Below are positions 9,601 through 22,040 of a stretch of DNA of 64,000 nt, in pieces; position 1 is the first letter of the stretch, and each line of letters starts with the position of its first letter. The stretch is from the NCBI RefSeq assembly GCF_028641065.1, contig NC_073378.1, forward strand, positions 76,508,001 through 76,572,000. The letters run 5' to 3'. This DNA is from Leucoraja erinacea (taxonomy: Eukaryota). The translations under genes and the position numbers were made by a program. Below the pieces are notes generated by a model that saw only the letters and a program-made list of their open reading frames with translations, had not been told where the DNA came from and made no database searches.

Positions 9601-10930
9601 TGACGAGGAGGAAAAGACCCATCCAGGACCAAACAGGAGAGCATGAGCATCAAAACTGAAGCTGCTTGTTGGTGGGAAACACAAGCACAGATGTTAAATA
9701 GATCAAGGTGTGCCCTCCACGAGATGATTTGGCAGCTGAAGATGGGCACGCGGTGGGTACCGGAAAGAAGATGAGGAGCAAATGGCAAAGATTCTTATGA
9801 CAAATTACCCAATTTCGTCACCCAAGCGACACTGATAAAGAGAGTGAGCTGGGCCTCAGGGGGCGAGGAAGACGGATGGAGCCGTCCCATCGAGGACTCG
9901 ACAGCTGAAGACGGGCCCTCCGTGGGTTCCGGAGGTCAAAGAAAAGACGAAGAGGAGCAGGTGCCAATGGTAGTTACGTCAAATGCAGAAAGCAACACCG
10001 TAAATCCAAGGGATCTCTGGTAATGAAGCTTATCTTTGTCACAGGACAGAACACACACCCAAGTCAACACTGGACAAAATGAGGAACAGGAGCATCAGAA
10101 CCCTACTACAGATTGTCTCTGGGAAATCCAAGGCATCGCAACTCACCAGAAGCAGCTGGAGCTAACGACGATTGAGAATCCAGCTTTTTGTATTGTCATT
10201 GGATTCACCAGAAGGGCAAAGCCAGAAGATGTCAAATAGCCTGACCAGCTCGGGGAGGACTGCTAGCAAGGCAGAATCTCCGGGAATTATGCATCTTTTT
10301 TGTCTGATGATGGACCCATCACCAATTTAACACTGAATAAAAGAAAATACTGGTGATGACGAGGAGGAAAAGACCCATCCAGGACCAAACAGGAGAGCAT
10401 GAGCATCAAAACTGAAGTTGCTTGTTGGTGGGAAACACAAGCGAAGATGTTAAAGAGATTAAGGTGTGCCCTGCGTGAGAGGATTTGGCAGCTGAAGACG
10501 GGCCCGCGGTGGGTACCGGAGGTTGGACGAAGACGGGCCCGCGGTGGGTACCGGAGGTCGGAGAGAAGATGAAGAGGAGCAAGTGCCATTGGTTGTTATG
10601 ACAAATGCAGTACGCGACAACTGAAAGCCAAGGTATCTCTGGTAATGAAGCCTATTCTTGTCACACGACCCAACCCACACCCAAGTCAACACTGGACAAA
10701 ATGAGGAAGGAACGTACAGGGGAGGAACAGCAGCATCAGAAGCCTTCCATGGATTGTCACTGGGAAAACCAATTCATTAAACCTGATCAGAAGTAGCTGG
10801 TGCTAACGGCAATTGAAAATCAAGCTGGTCTCTTTGCAGTGTCATAGGATTCACCATAACGCCAAAGCCAGAAGAATGATGTCAAACAGCCTGACCAACT
10901 CAGAGAGGATTCTGCTGGCAAGATAGAATC
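6690..10930. repeat. Tandem array of ~0.78-0.84 kb monomers alternating A/B types (about 5 monomers, U1)
   Basis: Marker gaagaggagca(a/g)gtgccaatggtagttacgtca at ~7575, 8360, 9175, 9950, with diverged versions at ~6738 and ~10573. Confidence 0.93.
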
Positions 10931-11579
10931 TCTGTAAATTACGTATCTTTTTACCAAAGAACAGAGTCCTCACCAATTCAACCGGTCAAAAGAAAGCGCA
11001 TGCTAAGCAATAACAAATAAAGAAATTGTTATATTGGCAACTATCATTGTTCTGAAGAAGGGTTTCAGCCCGAAATGTTGCCTATTTCCTTAGTTTTGAA
11101 GCATGCATGTAGTTCAGACCAGTATTTGATCTTTTGGATCATGCCATCATTTATTAGTAATAGTATTGTGACAATGTAAGGCGCTGGAATAGGCATTTGA
11201 ACCTTCTTCAATAAGTGGCAGAAGCTGGTTGATGCATCCCTGTGGCCGAACTCTGGTTTGGAGCTACGGAGCCCTCAAGAGTGGACATGGCGACGATTGA
11301 ATTTGGCCTGGTGGTTTGCAAGGAGGTCGGGTCAGCAGTCGGCAAGAAGGTTGAGCCGGCGGTCGAAGTGGAGTAAGGGGTTGGAGGTGTGTGCCGGAGG
11401 TCGGACGCTTCGCCGAGAACAAAGGAGTATCTGGTGTAGGGGGACTGCCAAGAGGGAAAACCAAAGAAGACGTGCCGCGGAGAACGAAGGAGGACCCCGC
11501 GTGGGAGAACCGCCGAGAACTAAGGGGGACTGTCGACATCTGTTATCTCCAGGCCTCAGCCAACTGCTGCCTCAACCAA

Positions 11580-11887
11580 GGGCGGAACGGTGGTGCAGCG
11601 TAGAGTTGCTGCCTTACAGCACCAGAGACCCGGGTTTGATCCTGACTACGGGTGCTCTCGATGGAATTTGTTCGTTCTCCCCGTGACCTGTGTCGGTTTT
11701 CTCAGATCTTTAGCTAAGTCCCACACTCAAGGTGTACAGGTTTGTAGGTTAATTGGGTAGGATAACAATGATAAATTGCTCCTACTGTGCGTGATAGTGA
11801 TAGTGTTAATGTGTGAGGATCGCTGTACGGTATAGACTCAGTGAGCTGAAGGGCCTGTTTTTGCACTGTATCTCTAAACTAAACTAA
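11580..11887 (+). mobile_element. tRNA-derived V-SINE (HE1-like) with CR1-type 3' tail
   Basis: Head gggcggaacggtggtgcagcgtagagttgctgccttacagc...gacccgggtttgatcctg (A/B boxes), V-domain-like core, tail gaagggcctgttt...ctctaaactaaactaa. Confidence 0.88.
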
Positions 11888-11929
11888 TTCACTGATTTTC
11901 TTGTGCCCTTGCCTATGTCTCTGTCTCCG

Positions 11930-12276
11930 ATTTCACCAACGGATACGGAGGACCTCCACTCCCAGTAACCTTCCTCCTCAACCATCCTTCTATGCTGTCT
12001 TGGGCAAGCACAAGCCACCAGTCGTCTATGTAAGTGTTAACATTTACATTCAATTAAAAAAATGTTCAATTTAGATGCCTTTACTGTTGATTTTGTTTTT
12101 AAACTTTTTTCTTTATTAAAGATTGATGGACCCACGCTCTAAGATCTTGGCTATCATGGACCTTCTGTGGACCAACGAGCATAACCTGGCCAATCTGCAC
12201 ACTGCCAGTTGCCGTCTTGCCCGAGGAGATCCAGAGCATCTGCAATATTCCCTCGCTCATTCCAACAAAGCCTCTG
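11930..12276 (+). pseudogene. Two decayed exons with a 92-nt intron (12030-12121), unidentified gene; copies at ~36322-36669 and ~53510-53866
   Basis: Donor ctat|gtaagt at 12030, acceptor ttttttctttattaaag at 12121, donor ctg|gtaaga at 12277. Spliced reading ...SMLSWASTSHQSSILMDPRSKILAIMDLLWTNEHNLANLHTASCR/(+1)LPEEIQSICNIPSLIPTKPL. Confidence 0.45.
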
Positions 12277-12629
12277 GTAAGAGCATCCAAAAGGACTAAT
12301 TTATTCCTCACTGACAGTCTTTTAAAAATCACCAGAAAAAAATGTATTCCTCAAGCCTGCCATTTACATTTATTTTGTCTGGATATCCTATTTCTTTATT
12401 TGTAGTGCTTCGTAACAAAAGATGCAAGGTTCGGGCTGGTGGTTGAGATTCAGGCAGGGTGTCGGTATCATACAACTGAACACAACGTGGTTTGTGCGAA
12501 ACAACTGTACACAAGCTGACATTTTCTTGAAGATCTCAATTACATAAATGCAAGTTGCAGGCGTCAAAGCTCTTTATTTTTCAGCTGGCCCCAATCATTA
12601 AATGTCAAGAAACTGTACACGGTGATATA

Positions 12630-12732
12630 GAGCCACGGAAATCTGCAGATGCTGGAATCTTGATCAAAAAAACAAAATGTGTTGCTCAACGGGTCAGCCA
12701 ACATTGTGGGTTGTGACCCATCTTCAGTCTGT
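12630..12732. mobile_element. Penelope-like element terminal fragment (copies at ~37023-37126 and ~54218-54320; opposite-orientation piece at ~11052-11091)
   Basis: ctgcagatgctggaatcttg...ctcaacgggtcagc...gacccatcttcagtctg motif, also seen at 58210-58350 and 63900-64000. Confidence 0.55.
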
Positions 12733-13221
12733 TAGTCTAGCACTAGCAGGGGATATTAGAGGTAAATTTGAACAGAAAACGGCAAATGTTGGAAATTTAA
12801 AAAAACAAAATGTTGGAAAATTCAGTCCATCAGGAAACATAGCTGAAGAGTTATCTCCAGTGTTATTACTGGAGATGGATGTTTGCTTAGTTGAGGCAGG
12901 CTTTTTACTCGTGCTCTTGTGTTTTTTAATTTGGTGTGTGCTTTTTTTTCCTCAAGGTGTTTTTTAATTGAGGTGAACTCTTTACTGGTGAGGATGTGAA
13001 TCTGCACACAGTCCATGCCGTGAGCGACCGTTTTACCCAAAGACATTGGCGCGTCTATATACTTAACCCACCTGGTCCAACCATAGCTCTTGAAAGAGCC
13101 AGCGAAGGTAATGTGCAGGAATAAGCTTTTGAGCCCGCTGGCAGGAGATAGTCTTCAACTGAGGCTGACAAACAGGGTGAGTATGATAACACTTAGTGAA
13201 TCATGTTTGTGTTGATGGGCG

Positions 13222-13930
13222 TGTTACAAGGGAACAGGTTCAAGGATCTGACTAGTGGAACGGAAAAAGACTCACTCATCTGTTTAGTTACAAATCAAAT
13301 TTATTGGCAAGAGAGAGAACAAAAACAATAATTGTCTTGGTATGCACGGGGCCTGTTTTACAGCAGCACACCTCTCTCTCTTCCTCCGTCTGCCGCACTG
13401 ATCGCGACACAGCCCATCGGTGAATCCCTCTCGTACATGAACTAACTTATGGCTTCCTGGCGTCTGCCTTTACACAGGTAAGAAATCAGCTGTTAAAATA
13501 ACTGCCGGTAAGGCCTGGTCAATACCACTTCTCCCAAATCCAAACTACAACCAATGACAGGGGACTGCATTCCAGCAAGCCCCGCCCTCCCCCATTGGGA
13601 GCAAAGTGCTATCAGCTGCAGACTGGCGCGCAAAGCAATATGCACGGCGCTAAAGAGTTGGCGTACAAAGCGCTAAACACAACGCTACAGATTTGGTGCG
13701 CAAATCAATACACACAGTGCCACGGACTTGGTGCGCAAAGGTAATACGTGGTGCTGCCGGTTTGGTGCGCAAAGGATTAAACAGCGCTGTCGGCTTAACG
13801 CGCTAAAATTTAAACAAAGCTATCAGCTGCAGTGCTATGGGTTCTAAATATAACGTGATTGGTCACAGCGCATTGGGCTTTAAACACAGCACTATGGGTA
13901 ACTGACTGTTCAGGCAAAATTCTCATAACG
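13222..13930 (-). mobile_element. Solo LTR (ERV/Gypsy-type) in U2
   Basis: Insertion relative to the empty paralogous site (gttgatgagtgtaatgatgaattc at ~808-831). Ends TGTTAC...CATAAC(G) with GGCG/GGTG as a probable 4-bp TSD. Minus strand shows U3 tandem repeats, CCAAT boxes, a GC box, a TATA position (here TGTAAA) and AATAAA at 13300-13305. Confidence 0.8.
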
Positions 13931-14855
13931 GTGTTATGATGAATTCCTGTGCTAATAGAGAATGGATCAAATGTCTCTTCAGTAGCTAAAAGCTGCTTCT
14001 TTGCAATGGCTGATGGTAATGTTTTTACTCGTGTGAAATTTAGTTGAAGCCTGCTTTGTATTGGAGATTTTTGTTTGCTTAGTCGAGGGGGGCTTTCTAT
14101 GTGTGTTTTATTTTTAAACTCTTATTTCCTCGAGGTGTGTTTTTTAGTCGAGGCGGACTTTTTACTGGTGAGGACACAAATCTGCGCACCATTCAATCTG
14201 CGAGTCACCATCATACCCAAAGACACTGGCGGGTCTACAAGCTTACCCCGCCAGGTCCAACTGTAGGTCTTGAAAGAGCCACCAAAGGTAAGGTGCAGGA
14301 ATAAGCCTTTGAGCCCATTGGCAGGAGATAGTGATCACCTGAGGCCGACTACCAGGGTAGGTATGATAACACTTAAAGAATCGTGTTTGTGTTGATGAGT
14401 GTAATGATGAATTCCCGTGCTAATAGGCGATGGATCAAATGTCTGTTCAGTTGCTAAAAACTGCTTCTTTGCAATAGCTCTGATGATAATTTTGACGGGA
14501 GGGCAAGTGTCATATAAAACCAGCGAATATCTGATAATGAAGTCTCTCCTTGCCAGGGATGGGAACCCGGACCAGCAACTCAATACTGGCTAAAAGAAAG
14601 TGAAAGAGATGCCAAATGGAAAGAAAAGATCCATCCAGGAAAAACCAAGAGAGTTAGAGCAGCAAAACTGATGCAGCTCATGGGAAAAGCCAAGAGATCA
14701 CAGACCAGAAGTAGCTGGAGATGGAGACAACATGGATGGGAAAGCAAGTTGGTCACTCTTGTTGCTCATTGGTTACTCTTGTTTTTATTCAACATATGTT
14801 TTCTAACTTGATGTGCTTTCTGCTCGTTTTTTTTTACTTGTGTGCTTTGTAACTA

Positions 14856-16517
14856 CAGGTGCACAACCTTTTATCCGAAGATCCAAATAACGAAAACCTC
14901 CGAATAGCGGAAATTTTTTCGGTCTTTGAAGAAAGGTCCTTGAAAACGTTCACCGAGGGCGGCCCGCAGAGGTGACAGCGGAACCTCCGGTCGGTCCTCG
15001 AAGAAAGGGGAACTAAATCCCCATTCATAAAAGAAAAGGTGAGGGTATATTGCGCGGGAGGGTTAATAATTGACAATATGCTGCTGCCTGTCCGCTGAGT
15101 TAAAAAGTTCCCACGGTAGGCTTACGATACACAGTGTATCGTGAGTCTAGCGTGGGAACTTTTTAACTCAGCGGGCAGGCGGCAACAGATTGTCACTCCC
15201 TTCAGTTTCACCCCACCTACACCCCTCTGCTTCGCGGCCATGTGTGTGACCCCTTCCCTCCCCTCTCCAGCTCCCCGCTCATTGCACCGACGCGGGGGCT
15301 TTGCACTGTCTTCACGTCGGCGATGCCAGCATACAATGCCAGTCACCGGAGACGTCGGGACCAATTGGACATCGACCACCAGGCCCACCGCAAGCACAGA
15401 GAACCCAGAGACCCACAGCCAGCAGCAGCCCAGCCCCGCTCCAACTACAGAGGAACCTGGGTTGCGGATGACGGGGCGCAACTCGGGGCGTCGTAGGGGC
15501 CCATCGAGGAGCGGGTTCCTGTTGGTCCTGACGTCTCCGGCCACCTACTATCCTCCGGGAACTGTACCGCCATTGCAGGAGTGGGGTTGTTTGCAGTTGC
15601 AGAGGGAGGGGGCAAGGGCGGTACAGTTCCCAGTCTCAGCTCCAGTCCAGGGGGGTGGCCGGAGACGTCAGGACCAACGGGACACCGACCCCCCAGGCCT
15701 ACTGCAAGCACGGAGATCCCAGAGACCCACAGCTAGCAGCAGCCCCGCCCCGCTCCAACTCCAGAGGAATACGTAGGGGCAGAAGCTTATGGTGTGCAAG
15801 GTACGTCTTGTTCTTGGGGTGGCGGATGAGGGGGCGCAGCTCGGGCTGTGGGCAAACTGCCACTTGTCGCCGTAGCGGCCCATCGGGGAGAGGATTCCTC
15901 TGGAGTTGGCCTCTGGAGGGGGAGGGGGGGTATTGTGCTGTTTGATCGCCCCCTGCTATCCCAGGGACAGGGAGACACAGTGGCCTTTTAGACTGGTGGG
16001 CAATCACTTCCAAAGTTCTGCCCACACAGTCAGTACACCTCTCCTACACTGCATTTCATACAAACATTTATTCTGCAAGAAAAAACTACATTGAAGACTC
16101 AAACTCGCGACCGAGTAACTGCCAGGATCGAGGCGCAAATTCGCGACCTAACTCGGGGATTCAAGAATCCCCGAGCAAGGCCGCCTAAGGGCATGTAGCC
16201 CCGCTAGGGTGACATGAGTGCGAGAGGTGATTCAATGCTGCGGGTTCATTTACAAATTCAGGAATTCATTCAACACACTGCATTTCATACAGACATTTAT
16301 TCTGCAAGAAAAACGACATTGAAGACTCAAACTCGCGACCGAGTAACTGCCGGGATCAAGGCTCAAACTCGCGACCTTGCGGATATGAGCCGAGCACTCT
16401 ACCACTGAGCCAGCCATGAAAATCTACGCAAAAAAATTTCCATTCCGAAGGCCGACAAATTCTGAATTACGAAAAGTGTCTGGTCCCAAGGCTTTCGGAT
16501 AAAAGGTTGTGCACCTG
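14856..16517. mobile_element. Tigger4-like MITE, U2 copy
   Basis: Perfect TIRs CAGGTGCACAACCTTTTATCCGAA with TA TSDs. Confidence 0.88.
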
Positions 16518-18047
16518 TACTTTTAACTCGAAGCTTGTTTTTCAGTTAGGGCAGGAATTGTACTCTTTCTTGTGTCTCGAGGTGTGTTTTTTTTACTCGC
16601 GGTGGCTTTTTTTAGTCGAGATGGGTATTTTAGTCGGGTGTGCATTTCCAAGGTTTCTATTTACCTGACGCGTTTTTAAGGTGTGTTTTTAATCGGGCTA
16701 TGTGTTTTACCCTTTTGCTCGAGGTGTTTTTGTAACTATTTAGTCGGGGGGGGGGGGGGGGGGGTGGAAGTGTTTACTGGAGCAGGTTGTTTACATGATG
16801 TGTTGTCCACGTGCTGTACTTGTGGGGTCGGGCTTTGCCGTCAGTTGAAACTTTCTGCACTTTGGTTTTCTGCTCGAAACTCCTGCCACGTTCATTGGAC
16901 AAAGCCTGAGGTTACTGCATTGGTTAATCTTGATTTTACTCGGTATAGTTTTTTTTAACTGGATGTGCTTTTTACTCAAGTTATGGTTTTTACATTTGAC
17001 GAAGTTTTACTTGAGGTAGGTTTTTTACTGGGATTTTTACTTGAGGTATGATTTTTATAGGATTTTAATTTTTTTTTTTCCCTCAGTGTTTTTTAGTTGG
17101 CGGGTTTTTTACATGATTCTTTTTATACTCGTGTGAATTTTAGTTTAATCTAGCTTTTTATTGTAGATGTGTGTTTGCTTAGTCCAGGCTGACATTTTAT
17201 TTGTGTTTTTTTTACTGTTTTTTTCTCTAGGTGTGTTTTTTAGTCGAGGCGGACTTTTTACTGGTGAGGACACAAATCTATTGCTCCTTCCACTCCCACA
17301 AACAGATGTTCCGGTTGTACTAACACTTCCTGTAGGTCAGTGCAATGGTGGGGTGGGCAGTATTTGTGATGGATAGTTCAGTGCATTAGTGAAGGCAACA
17401 AATGACTCCTTTGTCTTACAAAGGCAGAGAGTGAAATAATTGTTCTGATACCACTCAATTGTATTGTAGGTCATACCGTGGATCTAAATGGAAAACCCGC
17501 ACTGTGGAATCCCACGAGGTGCTCCTTAGGGAGGTCATCCGAGATCTATCTTAAGGACCAGATCAGTGCTACCAGAGCTCAGCTGTCATAGACTCACTGA
17601 AGATCAGTGAGCTTAACTTGGACGTGATCCTGCATGTCCAGGGAGAGAATTGTCCCCTGTCCGAGAAGATGAAGTGCATCTACAACCTTCCTTCATGCAG
17701 TACAACTAAAGGTCTGGTTAGAGCTATTTTATTCCCTAAGTCTGCTGTTTGCCTTTATTATGTCTAGATGTCCTATTTCTCTATTTGTAATGCTTAATTA
17801 AGAAACATGCAAGTATAGTTCAGATGAAGAATTAATGTTCAGACTTGGTAGCACATGTCATAATTTATTAGTAATGTCATTGTGACAACGTAAAGTGCAG
17901 GAACAGAAATATTCAAGTTTATCGTCTGTTGAACACTACATCCTTCCTCCAACTTATGGATCCAGGTGTGATTAGCATGTTTAATTTTTATTATCTCAAC
18001 AAAACATTTGATGCTGTAATGAAGGCCACTGGTGATTGTAAAATGAA

Positions 18048-18658
18048 TGTGTCCCTTTTGTAACTGTGTGCGTTTTGAAACTGTGCCTTTTGAAACTGTG
18101 TGCCTTTTGTAACTGTGTGCCTTTTGTAACTGTGTGCCTTTTGTAACTGCGTGCCTTTTGCCTTTTGTAACTGCGTGCCTTTTGTAACTGCGTTTTGTAA
18201 CTGCGTGCCTTTTGTAACTGCGTGCCTTTTGTAACTGCGTGCCTTTTGTAACTGCGTGCCTTTTGTAACTGCGTGCCTTTTGTAACTGCGTGCCTTTTGT
18301 AACTGCGTGCCTTTTGTAACTGCGTGCCTTTTGTAACTGCGTGCCTTTTGTAACTGCGTGCCTTTTGTAACTGTGTGCCTTTTGTAACTGTGTGCCTTTT
18401 GCAACTACCCCTTTTGCAACTGTGCCCCTTTTGCAACTGTGCCCCTTTTGCAACTGTGCCCCTTTTGCAACTGTGCCCCCTTTTGCAACTGTGCCCCCTT
18501 TTGCAACTGTGCCCCCTTTTGCAACTGTGCCCCCTTTTGCAACTGTGCCCCTTTTGCAACTGTGCCCCCTTTTGCAACTGTGCCCCCTTTTGCAACTGTG
18601 CCCCCTTTTGCAACTGTGCCCCTTTTGCAACTGTGCAACTGCAACTGTGCAACTGCCA
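18048..18658. repeat. 17-18 bp YAACNG minisatellite, U2 copy (~0.6 kb)
   Basis: Tandem gccttttgtaactgcgt / gcccccttttgcaactgt units. Confidence 0.97.
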
Positions 18659-18764
18659 GGCCTGAGTAACTGAACTGCTAGCCCAAAAATTGGGTCCACA
18701 ATGCCAATACTAGTCCTTTGGAAAACCGTCCCTTTGGCCCACAACACCCATGCTAGCACTCCAG

Positions 18765-18800
<36 letters not shown>

Positions 18801-19199
18801 CTGTGCCCTCTTTTGCAACTGGGAGAGAATTGTCCCCTGTCCGAGAATATGAAGTACATCTGCAACCTTCCTTCGTCCAGTACAACTAAAGGTCTGGTAA
18901 GAGCTGCTGAATATTTTACTTCCTAAGTCTGCTGTTTGCATTTATTATGTCTGGATGTCCTATTTCTCGATTTGTAATGCTTAATTAAGAAACATGCAAG
19001 TATAATTCGGATGAAGAATTGATGTTCAGACTTTGTAGCATGTGTTACAATTTATTAGTAATGCCAATGTGCCAAAGTAAATTGCAGGAACAGAAATTTT
19101 ACTGAACACTAAATCCCCCCTCCAACTTATGGATCTCGGTGTGATTAGCATGTTTAATTTTTATTGTCTCAACAAAACATTTGATGCTGTAATGAAGGT

Positions 19200-21940
19200 T
19201 GATGGGAAGATGTTCTTGAACCTGGAAAGAAGAGAAGATAAAGAAGAGGAGCATGTTGCAATGGTAGGTACAATAAATGCTGAAAGTGACACCTGAAAGC
19301 CAAGGGATCTCTGGTATTGAAGCTTATCCTTGTCAGAGGACAAACACCACATCCAAGTTAACAGTAGACATAAGGAGGAAGAAATGACCGAGCAGAAAAC
19401 ATACATGGGAGGAGCAGCAGCATCAGAACCCTACCACAGATTGTCTCTGGGAAAACCAAGGCATCACAACTCACCAGAAGTCGCTGGAGCTAACGACGAT
19501 TGAGAACCAAGCTGGACCCCTTTTTGCATTGTCATTGGATTCATCAGAAGGGCAAAGCAAGAAGAAAGATGTCAAATAGTCTGACCAGCTCAGAGAAAAG
19601 AAAATGCCAGTAAGATGAGGAGGAAAAGACCCATCAAGGACCAAACAGGAGAGCATGAGCATCATAACTGTAGTTGCTTGTTGGTGGGAAACACAAGCGA
19701 AGATGTTGAGGAGATCAAAGTGTGTCCTCGAAGAAAGGATTTGGCAGCTGAAGACGGGCCCACGGTGGGTGCCGGAGGTTGGACTTGCCCCGTGGTGGGT
19801 ACCCTGAAAGAAGATGTAGAAGAGGAGCAAGTGGCAAAGAGTTTTGACAAATTACCCAATTTCGTCACCCAAGTGAGACGGACAAAGAGAGTGAGATGGG
19901 CCCTCGGGGAGCGAGGAAGTCACGCAGAGCTGTCCAAGCGAGGACTCGACAGCTGAAGACGGGCCATCGGTGAGTTCCGGAGGTCAAAGAGAAGACGAAG
20001 AGAAACAAGTGCCAATGGTAGTTACGTCACATTCAGAAAGCGACACATGAAATCCAAGGGATCTCTGATAATGAAGCTTATCTTTGCACAGGACAGAACC
20101 CACACCCAAGCCAGAGGAAAGATGTCAAATACCCTGACCAGCTCGGGGAGGACTCTGCTAGCAAGGCAGAATCTCCAGGAATTATGCATCTTTTTGACTG
20201 AAGATGGACCCATCACCAATATAACACTGAACAAAAGAAAATACCAGTGTTGACGAGGAGGAAAAAGACCCATCCAGGACCAAACAGGAGAGTATGAGCT
20301 TCATGAAAGAAGCTGCTTGTTGTGTGGAGAAACACAAGCAAAGATGTTAAATAGACAAGGTGTGCCCTCCATAAGAGGATTTTGCAGCTGAAGACGGGCA
20401 CGCGGTGGGTGCCGTTGGCGTTGCCCCGCGGTGGGTACCGGAAAGAAGATGAAGAAGAGAAGCAAGTGGCAAAGATAGTTATGACAAATTACCCAATTTC
20501 GTCACCCAAGCGAGACGGATAAAGAGAGTGAGTCGGGGCGAGGAGGATGGATGGAACCGTCCCATCGAAGACTCGACAGCTGAGGACGGGCCCTCCGTGG
20601 GTTCCGGAGGTCAAAGAAAAGACGAAGAGGAGCAGGTGCCAATGGTAGTTACGTCAAATGCAGAAAGCAACACCTAAAATCCAAGGGATCTCTGGTAATG
20701 AAGCCTATCTTTGTCACAGGACAGAACCCACAAACAAGTCAACACTGGACGAAATGAGGAACATACATGGGAGGAACAGGAGCATCAGAACCCTACTACA
20801 GATTGTCGCTGGGAAAACCAAGGCATCGCAACTCACCAGAAATAGCTGGAGCTAACGACGATTGAGAACCCAGCTTTTTGCATTGTGATTGGATTCACCA
20901 GAAGGGCAAAGCCAGAAGAACGATGTCAAATACCCTGACCAGCTCGGGGAGGACTCTGCTAGCAAGGCAGAATCTCCAGGAATTATGCATCTATTTGACT
21001 GAAGATGGACCCATCACCAATTTAACACTGAACACAAGAAAATACCAGTGACGACAAGGAGGAAAAGACCCATCCAGGACCAAACAGGAGAGCATGAGCA
21101 TCACAACTGAAGCTGCTTGTTGGTGGGAAACACAAGCAAAGATGTTGAAGAGATCAAAGTGTGTCCTCGAAGAAAGGATTTGGCAGGTGAAGACGGGGCA
21201 CACGGTGGGTGCCGGAAGTTGGACCTGCCCCGTGGTGGGTGCCCTGAAAGAAGATGAAGAAGAGGAGCAAGTGGCAAAGAGTTTTGACAAATTACCCAAT
21301 TTCGTCACCCAAGTCAGACGGACAAAGAGAGTGAGCTGCGCCCTCAGGGAGCGAGGAAGACGGGCAGAGCTGTCCAAGCGAAGACTCGACAGTTGAAGAC
21401 AGGCCCTCGGTGGGTTGCGGAGGTCACAGAGAAGACGAAGAGGAGCAAGTGCCAATGGTAGTTACGTCACATTCAGAAAGCAACACATTATCTCAGATAA
21501 TGAAGCCTATCTTTGTCACAGGACAGAACCCACACCCAAGCCAGAGGAAAGATGTCAAATACCCTGTCCAGCTCAGGGAGGACTCTGCTAGCAAGGCAGA
21601 ATCTCCAGGAATTAGGCATCTATTTGACTGAAGATGGACCCATCACCAATATAACACTGAACACAAGAAAATACCCGTGATGCCGAGGAGGAAAAGAACC
21701 CATCCAGGACCAAACAGGAGAGTATGAGCATCATAACTGAAGCTGCTTGTTGGTGGGAAACACAAGCACAGATGTTAAAGAGATCAAGGTGTGACCTCCA
21801 TGAGAAGATTTGGCAGCTGAAGGACGGGCACGCGGTGGGTACCTGAAAGAAGATGAAGAAGAGGAGCAAATGGCAAAGGATTCTTATGACAAATTAACCA
21901 CATTTCGTCACCCAAGCGACAGGATAAATAAAGAGAGTGA
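19200..21940. repeat. ~0.8 kb A/B monomer array, U2 (truncated by the gap)
   Basis: Same monomer markers at ~19995, 20625, 21437. Confidence 0.92.
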
Positions 21941-22040
21941 NNNNNNNNNNNNNNNNNNNNNNNNNNNNNNNNNNNNNNNNNNNNNNNNNNNNNNNNNNNN
22001 NNNNNNNNNNNNNNNNNNNNNNNNNNNNNNNNNNNNNNNN
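21941..22040. other. Assembly gap (100 N)
   Basis: Run of exactly 100 n; flanks are indel-rich relative to paralogous copies. Confidence 0.99.

Noticed and set aside
11258-11686. 142-aa ORF repeated in three units
   Set aside because: Non-ATG start, runs from a GA-rich repeat-like segment into the SINE head; conservation reflects recent duplication.
13474-13482. Plus-strand first-exon donor caggtaaga next to CCAAT/GC boxes (host gene promoter)
   Set aside because: It lies inside the LTR insertion, whose TATA and AATAAA are on the minus strand; a plus-strand splice cannot be excluded but is unsupported.
13603-13625. aaagtgctatca resembling the miR-430/427 5' end; also aagtgcc in the monomers
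   Set aside because: No complementary arm for a pre-miRNA hairpin, and the seed is mutated in U4 (aaaatgct).
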